Program-made: the position numbers and the translations under genes
Origin: Deltaproteobacteria bacterium
GTDB lineage: Bacteria; Myxococcota_A; Polyangia; Polyangiales; Houyiibacteriaceae
DNA: 64,000 nucleotides
Direction of reading: 5' to 3'
Assembly: GCA_034670305.1 (NCBI GenBank)
Contig: JAXMNT010000023.1
Coordinates: forward strand, 47,986 to 111,985
Part shown: positions 37,611-46,930 of the stretch, piece after piece
How positions within the stretch are numbered: the stretch's first letter is position 1
Layout: each line of letters starts with the position of its first letter
Notes under the pieces: generated by a model
Seen by the model: the letters and a program-made list of their open reading frames with translations, nothing else
Told to the model about the DNA's origin: nothing
Databases searched by the model: none

Positions 37611-39275
37611 ATGGCCTTCAAAGATTGGCTGCGCGGCACCTGGAAGAAGGTGAAGGCCTGGCTCGCCTACAACCCGAGCAAGGTGCCGAAGCTGCCACCC
37701 CCGAAGGTGGTGACGCTGCCCGAACCGAAGGCGCCACCCAAGTCGTGGGGCACGCCAGCGGGCACGCCGTTCGATCCGACGTCTCCGGCGGCGCCGCCCG
37801 CGGCCTCGGCGAAGAAGAAGAAGCCGCAGCCGAAACCGATCGATCCGTGGGCGACCGGAACGCTGCTGAAGTTGTCGCCCGAAGAGTTGCGGGCGCGGGC
37901 CATGAAGATCCAGCCTTGGAAGACCGAGTGGATCGGCCGGGTAGACGTCATCCCGCCGCAGGGCGACGAACGCACGGCGCTCATCGATCGCGGGCTCGTG
38001 CTGCGCGGGTTCTTCACCGAAGAAGAACTCGCTGAGATCCACGAGCTCGGCGACCTGTGGCTCGAGCACCACGAAGCAGCGAAACTCGCGAAGGCCCGCG
38101 CAGCACAGAACGCGGACGCGGCGATCGCGGCGCTTCGCCAAGAAGAAGCCGAGCGGAAGGCGGAGAAGAAGCGCCTCGCGAAGGAGCGGCGGGAGAAACG
38201 CCGCGCGGCGATCGAACACCGGAAGAAGACCGACATCGTCTTTCTCGGCCGCGGTGTCTCCGGCCGGCTCGGGGACCGGCGTGCCCACGTCGAGAAGCTC
38301 GGCGCCGCGGGGCTGCCGGTGCTCGCGACGCCCGCCGATGTCGCCCAAGCACTCGGGCTCCAGATCCCGAAGTTGCGTTGGTTGGCCTTCGCCTCCGACG
38401 CACCGGAGCGCTCGCACTACGTGCAGTTCGAAGTGCCGAAGCGGCGTGGTGGCACGCGGGTGCTGGCGTCCCCGAAGCGCGACATGCGCGCCGCACAGTC
38501 GTGGATCCTGGAGAACATTCTCAGCAAGGTGCCGCTCCACGACGCGGCGCACGGTTTCGTGCCGGGGCGCTCCACCAAAACCTGCGCCGCTCCACACCGC
38601 GGTCGGCCGGTCGTGGTGAACTTGGACTTGAAGGACTTCTTCCCGTCGATCCTGCTTCGGCGCGTGTCCGGTTTCTTCGAGGCGCTCGGGTACTCGCCGG
38701 CGGCCGCCACCATCCTGGGGTTGCTCTGCACCGCGTCGCCGCGCCGGACTGTCCGCTACGATGGAGTCTCCTTCGAAGTCGCGGTCGGCGACCGTGCGTT
38801 GCCGCAAGGCGCCTGCACCAGTCCTGCGTTGAGCAACTTGATCGCCAAGCGGCTCGACGCACGGCTTGCGGGTTTGGCCAAGGCCCGCGGCTTCGTCTAC
38901 ACGCGCTACGCCGACGACCTCACCTTCAGTGGACCGAAGGACGAAGTGCCCCGCTTGCTCGCGCGCATCCGCCACGTGGTCGACGAAGAAGGGTTCGTCG
39001 TGCACCCCGACAAGACGCGGGTGCAGCGCAAAGGCGGCCGGCAGATGGTGACGGGCATCGTCGTCAACGACAAAGCCCGGCTCACCCTGCGCCGCGACGA
39101 AGTCCGGAAGCTTCGCGCGATCCTCCACAACGCGAAGAAGACTGGCCTCAAGGCGCAGAACCGCGACCAACACCCAGACTTCGTCGCCCACCTGCGCGGC
39201 AAGATCGCCTACCTCGGCATGGTGGACCGGGCCCGCGCCGACGAGTTCACCACCGCGCTCGAAGCGCTGCTCTAG
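37611..39275 (+). CDS. Retron-type reverse transcriptase with a long N-terminal extension
   Basis: HDAAHGF (region X), DLKDFFPSI, LPQGACTSPALSN, YTRYADDLTFS, VTGIVV (retron region Y VTG). Confidence 0.95.
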   Translation: MAFKDWLRGTWKKVKAWLAYNPSKVPKLPPPKVVTLPEPKAPPKSWGTPAGTPFDPTSPAAPPAASAKKKKPQPKPIDPWATGTLLKLSPEELRARAMKIQPWKTEWIGRVDVIPPQGDERTALIDRGLVLRGFFTEEELAEIHELGDLWLEHHEAAKLAKARAAQNADAAIAALRQEEAERKAEKKRLAKERREKRRAAIEHRKKTDIVFLGRGVSGRLGDRRAHVEKLGAAGLPVLATPADVAQALGLQIPKLRWLAFASDAPERSHYVQFEVPKRRGGTRVLASPKRDMRAAQSWILENILSKVPLHDAAHGFVPGRSTKTCAAPHRGRPVVVNLDLKDFFPSILLRRVSGFFEALGYSPAAATILGLLCTASPRRTVRYDGVSFEVAVGDRALPQGACTSPALSNLIAKRLDARLAGLAKARGFVYTRYADDLTFSGPKDEVPRLLARIRHVVDEEGFVVHPDKTRVQRKGGRQMVTGIVVNDKARLTLRRDEVRKLRAILHNAKKTGLKAQNRDQHPDFVAHLRGKIAYLGMVDRARADEFTTALEALL

Positions 39276-39354
39276 ATCCCGCCAGTTCAGTTCGCCTCGC
39301 CAGTGCGGCCCCCAATGACAGCCCCGGGTTCCCGCACCCGCCGCCCGACGCGCT

Positions 39355-40320
39355 TCAGCCGAGCGCCACCGCCAGTGCTTCGAGCAGCGCGCCGCGCCGA
39401 GTGCTCCGCGGCATCTCTCCGGCGGGCGTCTGAACGAACGCATCCAGCCAAGGTTCGATTGGACCGCGGGCGAGTATGCCGTCCAGTGCATAGAGCGAGA
39501 GCTCCTCGACCCCGCTCCCGCGACAGATCGCCACGTCGTCCGCGAGCTCGGACACATCGCGGTACGGACGTTCGTCCCCGAGCGCGCCACCACCCACCAC
39601 ACCGAGCGACACCGACGACGACCGCCGCGCCAGCCGCGCGAGCAGGTCCCGCGCGATGCGCCGGTCGACCAACCCGAGCGCGTACCCCTCGAAGAGACTC
39701 GTGTACGCCATCGGCTCGAACGCGCGCTCCGACAGCCCTTCGATCGAAGTGCCGAGCCATTGCTGCCAGCGGGCTCCGAACGAGAGCATCGGCGGCGCCA
39801 CGACATCCACCCGCCAGCCGCGCTCCCGAAGCGATGTGGACAGTGCGCGGTGAGAAGCAACTCTCGGGCGCCGGACGGGGAAGCGAGCCAGCGGTGTCAC
39901 CGGGACGGGGTTTGGGGGCTGTGCCCCCAAGAAGTACCCCACCAGTCGCGCGATGCGGGCGTCCAGCCGAAGCACCGACTGGCCATCGCGCAGCACCGAG
40001 CGGGTCCACGCGATCGGTGGCTCGACGTCGAGCAGCAGCGTGGTTGGCGCGAGGCCTTCGGTGAGCCGGTCCACGTGCGCCGCGAACGCGTGCACGTTGC
40101 CTGCGTTCGGCCACCGCCCATCGTGGTCGGAGAGCAGCGGCCAGAGCGTGAGTTTCGTGCCCGCGTCGGCGGCGCGCCCTTGCAACCGGCTGAACTCGGA
40201 CCGCGTCTCCGGCGCGTCGAACAGGGCCACCGCCAGCTCGATGCCGCGTCGCGCCAACGCGTCGAGCAAGGGAGGGTCGAGTGCAGCGAGCGGCACATGC
40301 TCCGAGTACAGCCGACGCAT
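39355..40320 (-). CDS. Hypothetical protein, possibly TIM-barrel/glycoside-hydrolase-like
   Basis: LWPLL, LLLDVEPP, PMAYTS, LYALDG; carries the in-frame 53-bp repeat. Confidence 0.6.
   Translation of the reverse strand: MRRLYSEHVPLAALDPPLLDALARRGIELAVALFDAPETRSEFSRLQGRAADAGTKLTLWPLLSDHDGRWPNAGNVHAFAAHVDRLTEGLAPTTLLLDVEPPIAWTRSVLRDGQSVLRLDARIARLVGYFLGAQPPNPVPVTPLARFPVRRPRVASHRALSTSLRERGWRVDVVAPPMLSFGARWQQWLGTSIEGLSERAFEPMAYTSLFEGYALGLVDRRIARDLLARLARRSSSVSLGVVGGGALGDERPYRDVSELADDVAICRGSGVEELSLYALDGILARGPIEPWLDAFVQTPAGEMPRSTRRGALLEALAVALG
39881..39933. repeat. 53-bp palindromic dispersed repeat lying in-frame in the 39355-40320 ORF
   Basis: Reverse complement is 51/53 identical to 5826-5878. 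Confidence 0.8.
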
Positions 40321-40392
40321 CACCTCTTTCGTGTAGCAGTGGCCCGTCGCCGCGACGAGTCCAAGCGGCAACGAGCCCCCGAGGCACAGGTG

Positions 40393-41022
40393 TCAGCCGG
40401 CAGGGTGCTGCGACCCAGCCGTCAATGCCTTGCGGGCCGGGGCGCGGCGTGCGTCCGCGGCGCCGGTGCGTTCGAGCCGCGCGAGGATCCGCGCTCGCTT
40501 CTTCGCCGACAGGGTGCGCACCGAGTACACGGTGGTCGAACGCACCGGCCCGAAGCCGACGTACTTCAAGGTCGCGGTCTTGAAGCTGCCGTGGAGCGCG
40601 CGGTTGTGGGCGAGCGTGTACCAGAAGCTCGGGCTGTCCATGCCGGTCACGAGGCGCGCCGAACGACCGGCGAGAAGACCCACTGGAAGCGGTCGTCCCT
40701 TCACGTTCTGGAAGGCCCAGCCCGGTAGGAACGCTCGGTCGATGAGCCCTTTGAGGGCAGCCGGCACGCCCGCCCACCACGTCGGGAAGACCCAGGCCAC
40801 ATGGTCGGCGCGTTGGATCGCTTCTTGGGCTCGAACCAGGTCCGGCTCCAGCGTCTGCCCCTCGCGAAAGCCGAATCGGAGCGTCGGGTCGAACTCGAGG
40901 TCCGCGACCTGAAGGCGGGACACGGTGCCGAACTCCGCTGCGCCCTTGGCGTAGGCGTCGGCCATCGCGCTGTGAAACGAGTTCGGATCCGGATGCGCTT
41001 GCACGATCAGTGTGTGGGTCAT
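40393..41022 (-). CDS. NAD(P)H-dependent oxidoreductase, flavodoxin-like fold (MdaB/KefF type)
   Basis: AHPDPNSF, FPTWWAGVPAALKGLIDR; divergent from LysR. Confidence 0.9.
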   Translation of the reverse strand: MTHTLIVQAHPDPNSFHSAMADAYAKGAAEFGTVSRLQVADLEFDPTLRFGFREGQTLEPDLVRAQEAIQRADHVAWVFPTWWAGVPAALKGLIDRAFLPGWAFQNVKGRPLPVGLLAGRSARLVTGMDSPSFWYTLAHNRALHGSFKTATLKYVGFGPVRSTTVYSVRTLSAKKRARILARLERTGAADARRAPARKALTAGSQHPAG

Positions 41023-41066
41023 GGCGAACAACCTAGTGATGCACAGGAACATGGGTAGACGAGTGT

Positions 41067-41081
41067 ATGCATCCCGTGCAT
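41067..41081. promoter_or_regulatory. Putative LysR T-N11-A binding box
   Basis: ATGCA-TCCCG-TGCAT dyad between divergent oxidoreductase and LysR genes. Confidence 0.5.
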
Positions 41082-41091
41082 GCATGAATGC

Positions 41092-42003
41092 ATGGCATCC
41101 ACCAACGGTTCCGCACCCCTTCACGCGTGGGACGATCTGCGCATCTTTCTCGCGGTCGTCCGCGCCGGTTCGTTCACCGACGCAGCCCGCAAGCTCGGGG
41201 TCGAGCAGTCCACCGTGAGTCGCCGCATCGCGGCGCTGGAGACGAACCTCGAAGCCCACCTCTTCGACCGGACCCCGCGGGGCCTGCGCAACACCCCACT
41301 CGCGCAACAGCTCCGAGCACGGGCCGAGCGGGTGGAGGCTGCGGTGCTCGCTTTCGACGACGACGCACGCGGCACGGAGCGCGCGGTCGCCGGCCAGGTT
41401 CGGCTCGCACTCACCGAAGGGCTCTCGCTCTCGGTGGTCGTGCCGACGCTGCTGCCCGAACTGCGCCGCACCTACCCAGAGATCACGGTCGATCTGCTGT
41501 GCGACTACCAGTCCGCCGACCTGCTCCAGCGGGAAGCCGACATCGCCATCCGGTTCTACCGACCGACCCGCGGCGACTTGGTGGCCAAGCGCGTCGCGCG
41601 GTTGCCGACCGCCATCCTCGGCCAGCGCGATTACATCCGAACCCGCGCGCCGCGCAAACACCACCGCACGGCCGACCGCTTCGACTGGGTCGGGTTTCAC
41701 ATGCCTGGTTTCCGCGCACCCGAAGAGCAATGGCACCAGCAGTGCGTGGGGGTGGAGCCCGCGATCCGTTCCAACAGCTACGTCTCCCAGGTGGCCGCGG
41801 TCCGCGCGGGGCTGGGCCTTGCGTTGCTCACCCGCTCGCTCTGCCGCATCCACCCGGAGCTGCGGGAAATCGAACTCGGTCTGCCCGAGGGCCCGGTGCT
41901 CGAACTGTGGCTGGTCACCCATCGCGCGATCCGAGACTTGCCTCGGGTCGCCGCGGTCTACGACCACCTCGAAGGCGGCCTTCGCGCGCTCGACGGCATG
42001 TAG
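41092..42003 (+). CDS. LysR family transcriptional regulator
   Basis: WDDLRIFLAVVRAGSFTDAARKLGVEQSTVSRRI HTH; READIAIR. Confidence 0.95.
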   Translation: MASTNGSAPLHAWDDLRIFLAVVRAGSFTDAARKLGVEQSTVSRRIAALETNLEAHLFDRTPRGLRNTPLAQQLRARAERVEAAVLAFDDDARGTERAVAGQVRLALTEGLSLSVVVPTLLPELRRTYPEITVDLLCDYQSADLLQREADIAIRFYRPTRGDLVAKRVARLPTAILGQRDYIRTRAPRKHHRTADRFDWVGFHMPGFRAPEEQWHQQCVGVEPAIRSNSYVSQVAAVRAGLGLALLTRSLCRIHPELREIELGLPEGPVLELWLVTHRAIRDLPRVAAVYDHLEGGLRALDGM

Positions 42004-42011
42004 CGGCCGTC

Positions 42012-42113
42012 GGCTTCGGCTCCGGCTTCGGATTCGGCTTCGGCTTCGGCTTCGGATTCGGCTTCGGCTTCGGCTTCGGCTTCGGCTTCGGCTTCGGCTT
42101 CGGCTTCGGCTTC
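42012..42113. repeat. Intergenic hexanucleotide tandem repeat (GGCTTC) x ~17
   Basis: Read directly; a few GGATTC/GGCTCC variants. Confidence 0.95.
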
Positions 42114-42231
42114 GAAGGGCAAGGGGAAGGCATCCTCTCCTGCGGATTCGGATTCGGACACCGAGGGCAAGGGCAGGGGCAAGGGCACGGGCAAGGCTGT
42201 CCGAGCGAAGCGGCGGCGGGACTTCCGACCA

Positions 42232-43149
42232 GTGCATGTCAAACTGCCCCCCTTCATGGAGGACCGGCGCGCCAAGCTCGAGCGGAAGCTCTACAAGAAG
42301 CTCAAGACGACCTGCACAGCCTGGCAGCTGCTGGCGCCGGGCGACCGGGTCATGGTCGCGATCAGCGGGGGCAAAGACAGCTACGTCATGCTCCACCTGC
42401 TGCACAAGCTGGTGCCGCGCCTCCCGTTCGAGGTCGAACTCATCGCCGTGCACCTCGACCAGGTGCAGCCCGGCTACGACGGCGCGCCGCTCGTGGAGTG
42501 GTTGCAAGCGTCGGGGCACCGGTTCGAGATCCTCCGCGAGAACACCTACGAGGTCGTGGTCGACCGCACGAAAGAGAACGGCACCTACTGTTCGCTCTGC
42601 TCACGTCTGCGGCGCGGCATCCTGTACACCGCGGCCGAGCGCCTCGGCTGCAACAAGATCGCGCTCGGCCACCACCGGGAAGACACGCTCGAGACCTTCC
42701 TGATGAACCTGTTCTACGCCGGCAAGATGCAAGCGATGCCAGCGGTCTACACGACCGACGACGGCCGCTTCGACGTCATCCGGCCACTCATCGAATGCGA
42801 CGAGGCGTCGATCGCCGAGCTCGCCGCGATCGAGGCGTTCCCGATCCTTCCGTGCAACCTCTGCGGCAGCCAAGACGGCCTCAAACGCGACGCGATGAGT
42901 GCGCTCCTCACGAGCCTCGAGAAGGACAACCCGCACCTGCGCTCGGTGATGCTCAACGCGATTCGCAACGTGCGGCCGACCCATCTTCTGGATCCAGAAG
43001 TCACCGAAGCCTGGGCCAAGCGCCCCGCCCACATCCCGCCGAAACAGCTGGCGGTCTCGACCACCCAGCACGCGGGCGCCGAACCCGTGATGTCCAGCGC
43101 AGCGCAGCCGGCGCCAAGCGGCAAACACCGACTCCCTTTGGCGGAGTAG
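42232..43149 (+). CDS. ttcA: tRNA 2-thiocytidine(32) synthetase
   Basis: SGGKDS PP-loop, CSLCSRLRRG, GHHRED, IRPL, PCNLCGSQ. Confidence 0.93.
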   Translation: MHVKLPPFMEDRRAKLERKLYKKLKTTCTAWQLLAPGDRVMVAISGGKDSYVMLHLLHKLVPRLPFEVELIAVHLDQVQPGYDGAPLVEWLQASGHRFEILRENTYEVVVDRTKENGTYCSLCSRLRRGILYTAAERLGCNKIALGHHREDTLETFLMNLFYAGKMQAMPAVYTTDDGRFDVIRPLIECDEASIAELAAIEAFPILPCNLCGSQDGLKRDAMSALLTSLEKDNPHLRSVMLNAIRNVRPTHLLDPEVTEAWAKRPAHIPPKQLAVSTTQHAGAEPVMSSAAQPAPSGKHRLPLAE

Positions 43150-43188
43150 CGTCCCCGGATACCGGCGCGTCGCTGGTAGAGTGCCACC

Positions 43189-44289
43189 ATGCGGATTCTC
43201 TACGGCGTCACCGGTGAAGGCATGGGGCACGCGATCCGGTCGCGGGTCGTGCTCGAACACCTCATTCACCAGGAAGGCCACGAGGTCGAGATCCTCGCGA
43301 GCAACCGCGCCGCGACCTACCTCGCCGGCGTGTTCGGCGAAGGGGTCTCCGCGGTCGGCTCCAAGGTGCGCAGCATTCACGGGCTGCACATCGTCACCGA
43401 GCAGAACCGGGTGCGGAAGGGCAAGACGCTCTGGTCGAACGTGCGCGAGGGTCTCAAGAACCTTCCGAAACAAGTCGGGACCTACTTCGATCTGCTGGAG
43501 GAGTTCGAGCCCGAAGCGGTGATCAGCGACTTCGAGAGTTTCTCGTACCTCTACGCGAAGGCGCACGACCTGCCCGTGTTCAGCATCGACAACCAGCAGG
43601 TCATGAACCGCTGCGAGGTGCCGGACGAAGTGGTCGGCGAAGACCGCGCCGAGTTCGACCTCGTGAAGGCGTTCGTCAAAACCAAACTTCCGTTCTGCGA
43701 CCACTATTTGATCGCGACCTTCTTCGAGCCACCGATTCGAAAGCAGCGAACGACGCTCTTCGGACCGATTCTGCGCGCAAGCATTCTGGACGCCCCAACC
43801 AGCGACGGTGACCACCTGCTCGTCTACTCCACAGTCCAGGAGAACACCGCGCTGCTCGATGCGCTCAAGCAGTCGGGCCTCGAGTGCCGGGTGTACGGCA
43901 TGCGAAGAGACCTCGAAGCCGACGAGACCGACGACAACCTCGTGCACCGTCCGTTCTCCGAAGAGACCTTCATCGCGGATCTCGCCTCTTGCCGTGGGTG
44001 TGTGGCGTCGGCTGGGTTCACCCTGATGGGTGAGTGCGTCGTGATGCACAAGCCGCTCTTGGCGGTGCCACTCGAAGGTCAGTTCGAGCAGACCTTCAAC
44101 GCCCGCTACCTGGCCCACCTGGGGTACGGGGCCATGGCGGAAGCGGTGACCGAGACTTCGTTGAACGCGTTCCTCGAGCGCACCGACGAGTTCTCGCGCG
44201 CGCTGGCCGGCACCACCCACGACCGCAACCAGGGTCTGCTCTCGCACCTCGACGCGCTGCTCGATCAGGCCGCCGCAGGCTTGTTCTAG
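43189..44289 (+). CDS. GT-B glycosyltransferase (MJ1255/VC2487-like)
   Basis: YGVTGEGMGHAIR, ISDFE, AGFTLMGE, GQFEQTFNA. Confidence 0.85.
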   Translation: MRILYGVTGEGMGHAIRSRVVLEHLIHQEGHEVEILASNRAATYLAGVFGEGVSAVGSKVRSIHGLHIVTEQNRVRKGKTLWSNVREGLKNLPKQVGTYFDLLEEFEPEAVISDFESFSYLYAKAHDLPVFSIDNQQVMNRCEVPDEVVGEDRAEFDLVKAFVKTKLPFCDHYLIATFFEPPIRKQRTTLFGPILRASILDAPTSDGDHLLVYSTVQENTALLDALKQSGLECRVYGMRRDLEADETDDNLVHRPFSEETFIADLASCRGCVASAGFTLMGECVVMHKPLLAVPLEGQFEQTFNARYLAHLGYGAMAEAVTETSLNAFLERTDEFSRALAGTTHDRNQGLLSHLDALLDQAAAGLF

Positions 44290-44344
44290 AACACGTTCGA
44301 CCAAGTTCGTCCTTCTCAAACCCACGGCGCGTCTGCACAATCCA

Positions 44345-44800
44345 GTGGTGGGGACGACACAGGAACCAGTCGTCGGTCGGACGATCGCGTATGGCGAAGT
44401 GCGTGCGACGATGGTGCTCGTGCACTCGGCGGTCACGCCGGACAGGCAGGAGTGGGCGGGCTATGTCGAGCGGCTGGCGTCGTACCAGCCCGAAGGTCCG
44501 CGCACGTTGCTGGTCGTCACCGCGGGCGGCGCGCCCAACGCTGCCCAGCGGCGTGCCCTCTTCAAGCTCGGCTACGAAGCGTTCGTGGTGGCGGTGATCA
44601 CCGGCTCGATGTTCCACCGCGGGATCATCACCGCCATCAGCTGGGGCGGCGCCAAGATCCGTGGGTACCGTCCCAGCGAGATGGATGTCGCGCGGACCTT
44701 CCTCGCCCTCGAACCCGCGCAGTGGAGCAGTGTTCGACGTCTCGCCGACGAACTCGGCGAGAAGCTCCGCATGGCGGCTCCGCAGCCGATGCCCCAGTAG
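44345..44800 (+). CDS. Hypothetical protein, STAS/SEC14-like
   Basis: GGAPNAAQR, RGIITAISW pattern common in myxobacterial small proteins; start uncertain. Confidence 0.5.
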   Translation: MVGTTQEPVVGRTIAYGEVRATMVLVHSAVTPDRQEWAGYVERLASYQPEGPRTLLVVTAGGAPNAAQRRALFKLGYEAFVVAVITGSMFHRGIITAISWGGAKIRGYRPSEMDVARTFLALEPAQWSSVRRLADELGEKLRMAAPQPMPQ

Positions 44801-44802
44801 CC

Positions 44803-46887
44803 TTACGCGGGCTCGTCCGAGTGGCCCGCTTCGGTGTACGCGTCCGCCTGCAGTGAGAACATGCGCGCGTAGAGGCCGTCCGCTTTCGCCAGCAGCTCCT
44901 CGTGGGTGCCGATCTCCACGATGCGGCCGCCCTCGAGCACCACGATGCGGTCCGCCATCTTCACGCTGCCGAAGCGGTGCGTGATGAGGATGCTGGTCGA
45001 GTCGTCTTTGAGCGCTTCGAAGCGTTCGAAGATCGCGTGCTCCGCTTCCGCGTCGATGCTCGCGGTCGGTTCGTCGAGAATCAGCACCTTGCTCTTGCGC
45101 ATGAACGCGCGCGCGAGCGCGACCCGTTGCCACTGACCGATCGAGAGCTGCTCGCCCCCGAACCAGCGGCCGAGCGGGGTGTCGTACTTCTTCGGCAGCT
45201 TCTGGATGACCTCGTCTGCGCCGGCACTCTCCGACGCGCGGAGCACCGCGTCGCGATCGTGCAAGCTCGGCAACCAGCCGAGCCCGACGTTCTCGGCCGC
45301 GCTGAAGTGGTAGTGCACGAAGTCCTGAAAGATGACGCCGATGCGCTGGCGCAGCTCGCCCCGGTCCATCGTCGCGACGTCCGAGTCACCGATCAGGATC
45401 GACCCTTCTTTGAGTGGATACAGTCCGGCGAGCAACTTCACGAGCGTCGTCTTGCCGGCGCCGTTGGGGCCGACGAGTGCGATGGTCTCCCCCGGCGCGA
45501 TCGTCAGATCGATGTCTTCGAGCGCGGCGCGCTTGCTGCCGGGGTATCGGAACGAGACCTTCTCGAACCGGATCTCCGGCGGCACGTCCGAGACGTCCGC
45601 GTCGCCGACTTCGAGCTGCGCCACGTCGTCGTCCGGGATGGCGAGGTACTCGAAGAGGTTGTTCATGTAGAGGTTGTCCTCCCACGCGCGCGCGATCGAA
45701 CTCATCGCGCTCTCGAACGACCCTTGCCCCTGCCGGAACACCGTCAGGTAGAGCGTCATGTCGCCGAGGGTGATCTGGGTGATCACCGTCGCGCTCACGA
45801 CCACCACGTAGATGGCGTAGAACACCCCGGTCGAGAGCAGCCCGAGCAGGGTCACCGCGATGCCTCGGCGCCGCGCGAACGCGCGGTCCTCGGCGTAGAA
45901 GCTCTCGTGCAGCGCGCGGTGTCGGCGGAGCAACTCCGGACCGAGCGCGAAGAGTTTGACCTCTTTGACGTACCAGTCGCTCGTGAGCAGTTGCTGCAGG
46001 TAGTACGCCTGCCGCTCCCGCATCGTGCGGCGCGCATGGATGAGGTACTGCTCGGACGCGTAGCGGGTCTCGGCGAGAAACGGCAGACCGGCGAGCGCGA
46101 GCGCGAGCACCGCCCAGCCACTGAACTGCGCCAGCAGGATGCCGTACCCGATGAGGGTCACGGTGTCTTTGGCCAGACGCAGTCCATGCGTGATCATCTC
46201 GACCGGCCGCCACCCGCTCTCTTTGCGGGCGCGCTCGAGCTTGTCCATGAAGCGCGCGTCTTCGAAGTGCTGCACCCCGAGCCGAAGCGCTTTGGCAAAG
46301 ATCAAATGGTCGACGTGCATGCCGAGCCGCGCCCGGAGCAGCAGCCCGAAGTACCCGCCGCCTTGGTTCGCGAGGTGTGCGGCCAGAATGAGCCCGAGCT
46401 CCACCCCCACCCACACGATGCTCGGCCCCGCCGGATGGTCCGGGTGTTCGATCGCTGCGACCACCGCGTCCACGATGCGTTTGCCGACGTACGCGATCGC
46501 GACCGGCAAGAGCGCGCCGAGCAAGTTGCAGAGCACGTACCGAAACGTGAGGCTCCGCTCCACCTTCCACGCGATCCCCACCGCCCGCCGGAGGTTGGAG
46601 AGCAACATGCGCAGCTGCGCCCACTGACTCCGAGGCGGCTCCTCGAAATCGGCATCGGGATCAACTTCAGGATCGGATTCGGCTTCGGAGTCGGCGGCCT
46701 CGGCTTCGGAGTCGGCTTCGGCTTCGACTTCGGCTTCGGAGTCGGCTTCGGCTTCGGCGTCGGCTTCGGCTTCGGCTTCGGCTTCGGAGTCGGCTTCGGA
46801 GTCGGCTTCGGCTTCGGCGTCGGCGTCGCCGTCCCCGTCCCCGTCCCCTTCCGGGATGACCTCGTCGTCTTCGATCTCCTCGCTCAC
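44803..46887 (-). CDS. ABC exporter, fused permease + ATPase, with an acidic low-complexity N-terminus
   Basis: GPNGAGKT Walker A, LSIGQWQR signature, ILDEPT, ITHR; TM N-half. Confidence 0.92.
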   Translation of the reverse strand: MSEEIEDDEVIPEGDGDGDGDADAEAEADSEADSEAEAEAEADAEAEADSEAEVEAEADSEAEAADSEAESDPEVDPDADFEEPPRSQWAQLRMLLSNLRRAVGIAWKVERSLTFRYVLCNLLGALLPVAIAYVGKRIVDAVVAAIEHPDHPAGPSIVWVGVELGLILAAHLANQGGGYFGLLLRARLGMHVDHLIFAKALRLGVQHFEDARFMDKLERARKESGWRPVEMITHGLRLAKDTVTLIGYGILLAQFSGWAVLALALAGLPFLAETRYASEQYLIHARRTMRERQAYYLQQLLTSDWYVKEVKLFALGPELLRRHRALHESFYAEDRAFARRRGIAVTLLGLLSTGVFYAIYVVVVSATVITQITLGDMTLYLTVFRQGQGSFESAMSSIARAWEDNLYMNNLFEYLAIPDDDVAQLEVGDADVSDVPPEIRFEKVSFRYPGSKRAALEDIDLTIAPGETIALVGPNGAGKTTLVKLLAGLYPLKEGSILIGDSDVATMDRGELRQRIGVIFQDFVHYHFSAAENVGLGWLPSLHDRDAVLRASESAGADEVIQKLPKKYDTPLGRWFGGEQLSIGQWQRVALARAFMRKSKVLILDEPTASIDAEAEHAIFERFEALKDDSTSILITHRFGSVKMADRIVVLEGGRIVEIGTHEELLAKADGLYARMFSLQADAYTEAGHSDEPA

Positions 46888-46930
46888 CGCGCGGGCTTAC
46901 CACATGCCCGCTGGGAACACAGACCTCCGA

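Noticed and set aside
37611-39275. RT as a group II intron, DGR or CRISPR-associated RT
   Set aside because: No maturase/endonuclease domain, no TR/VR repeat pair and no cas genes; retron X/Y motifs and an msr-msd are present
41023-42519. Long 5' extension of the minus-strand oxidoreductase ORF with an (RS)n tract
   Set aside because: Antisense shadow of LysR, the microsatellite and ttcA; the plausible start is 41022
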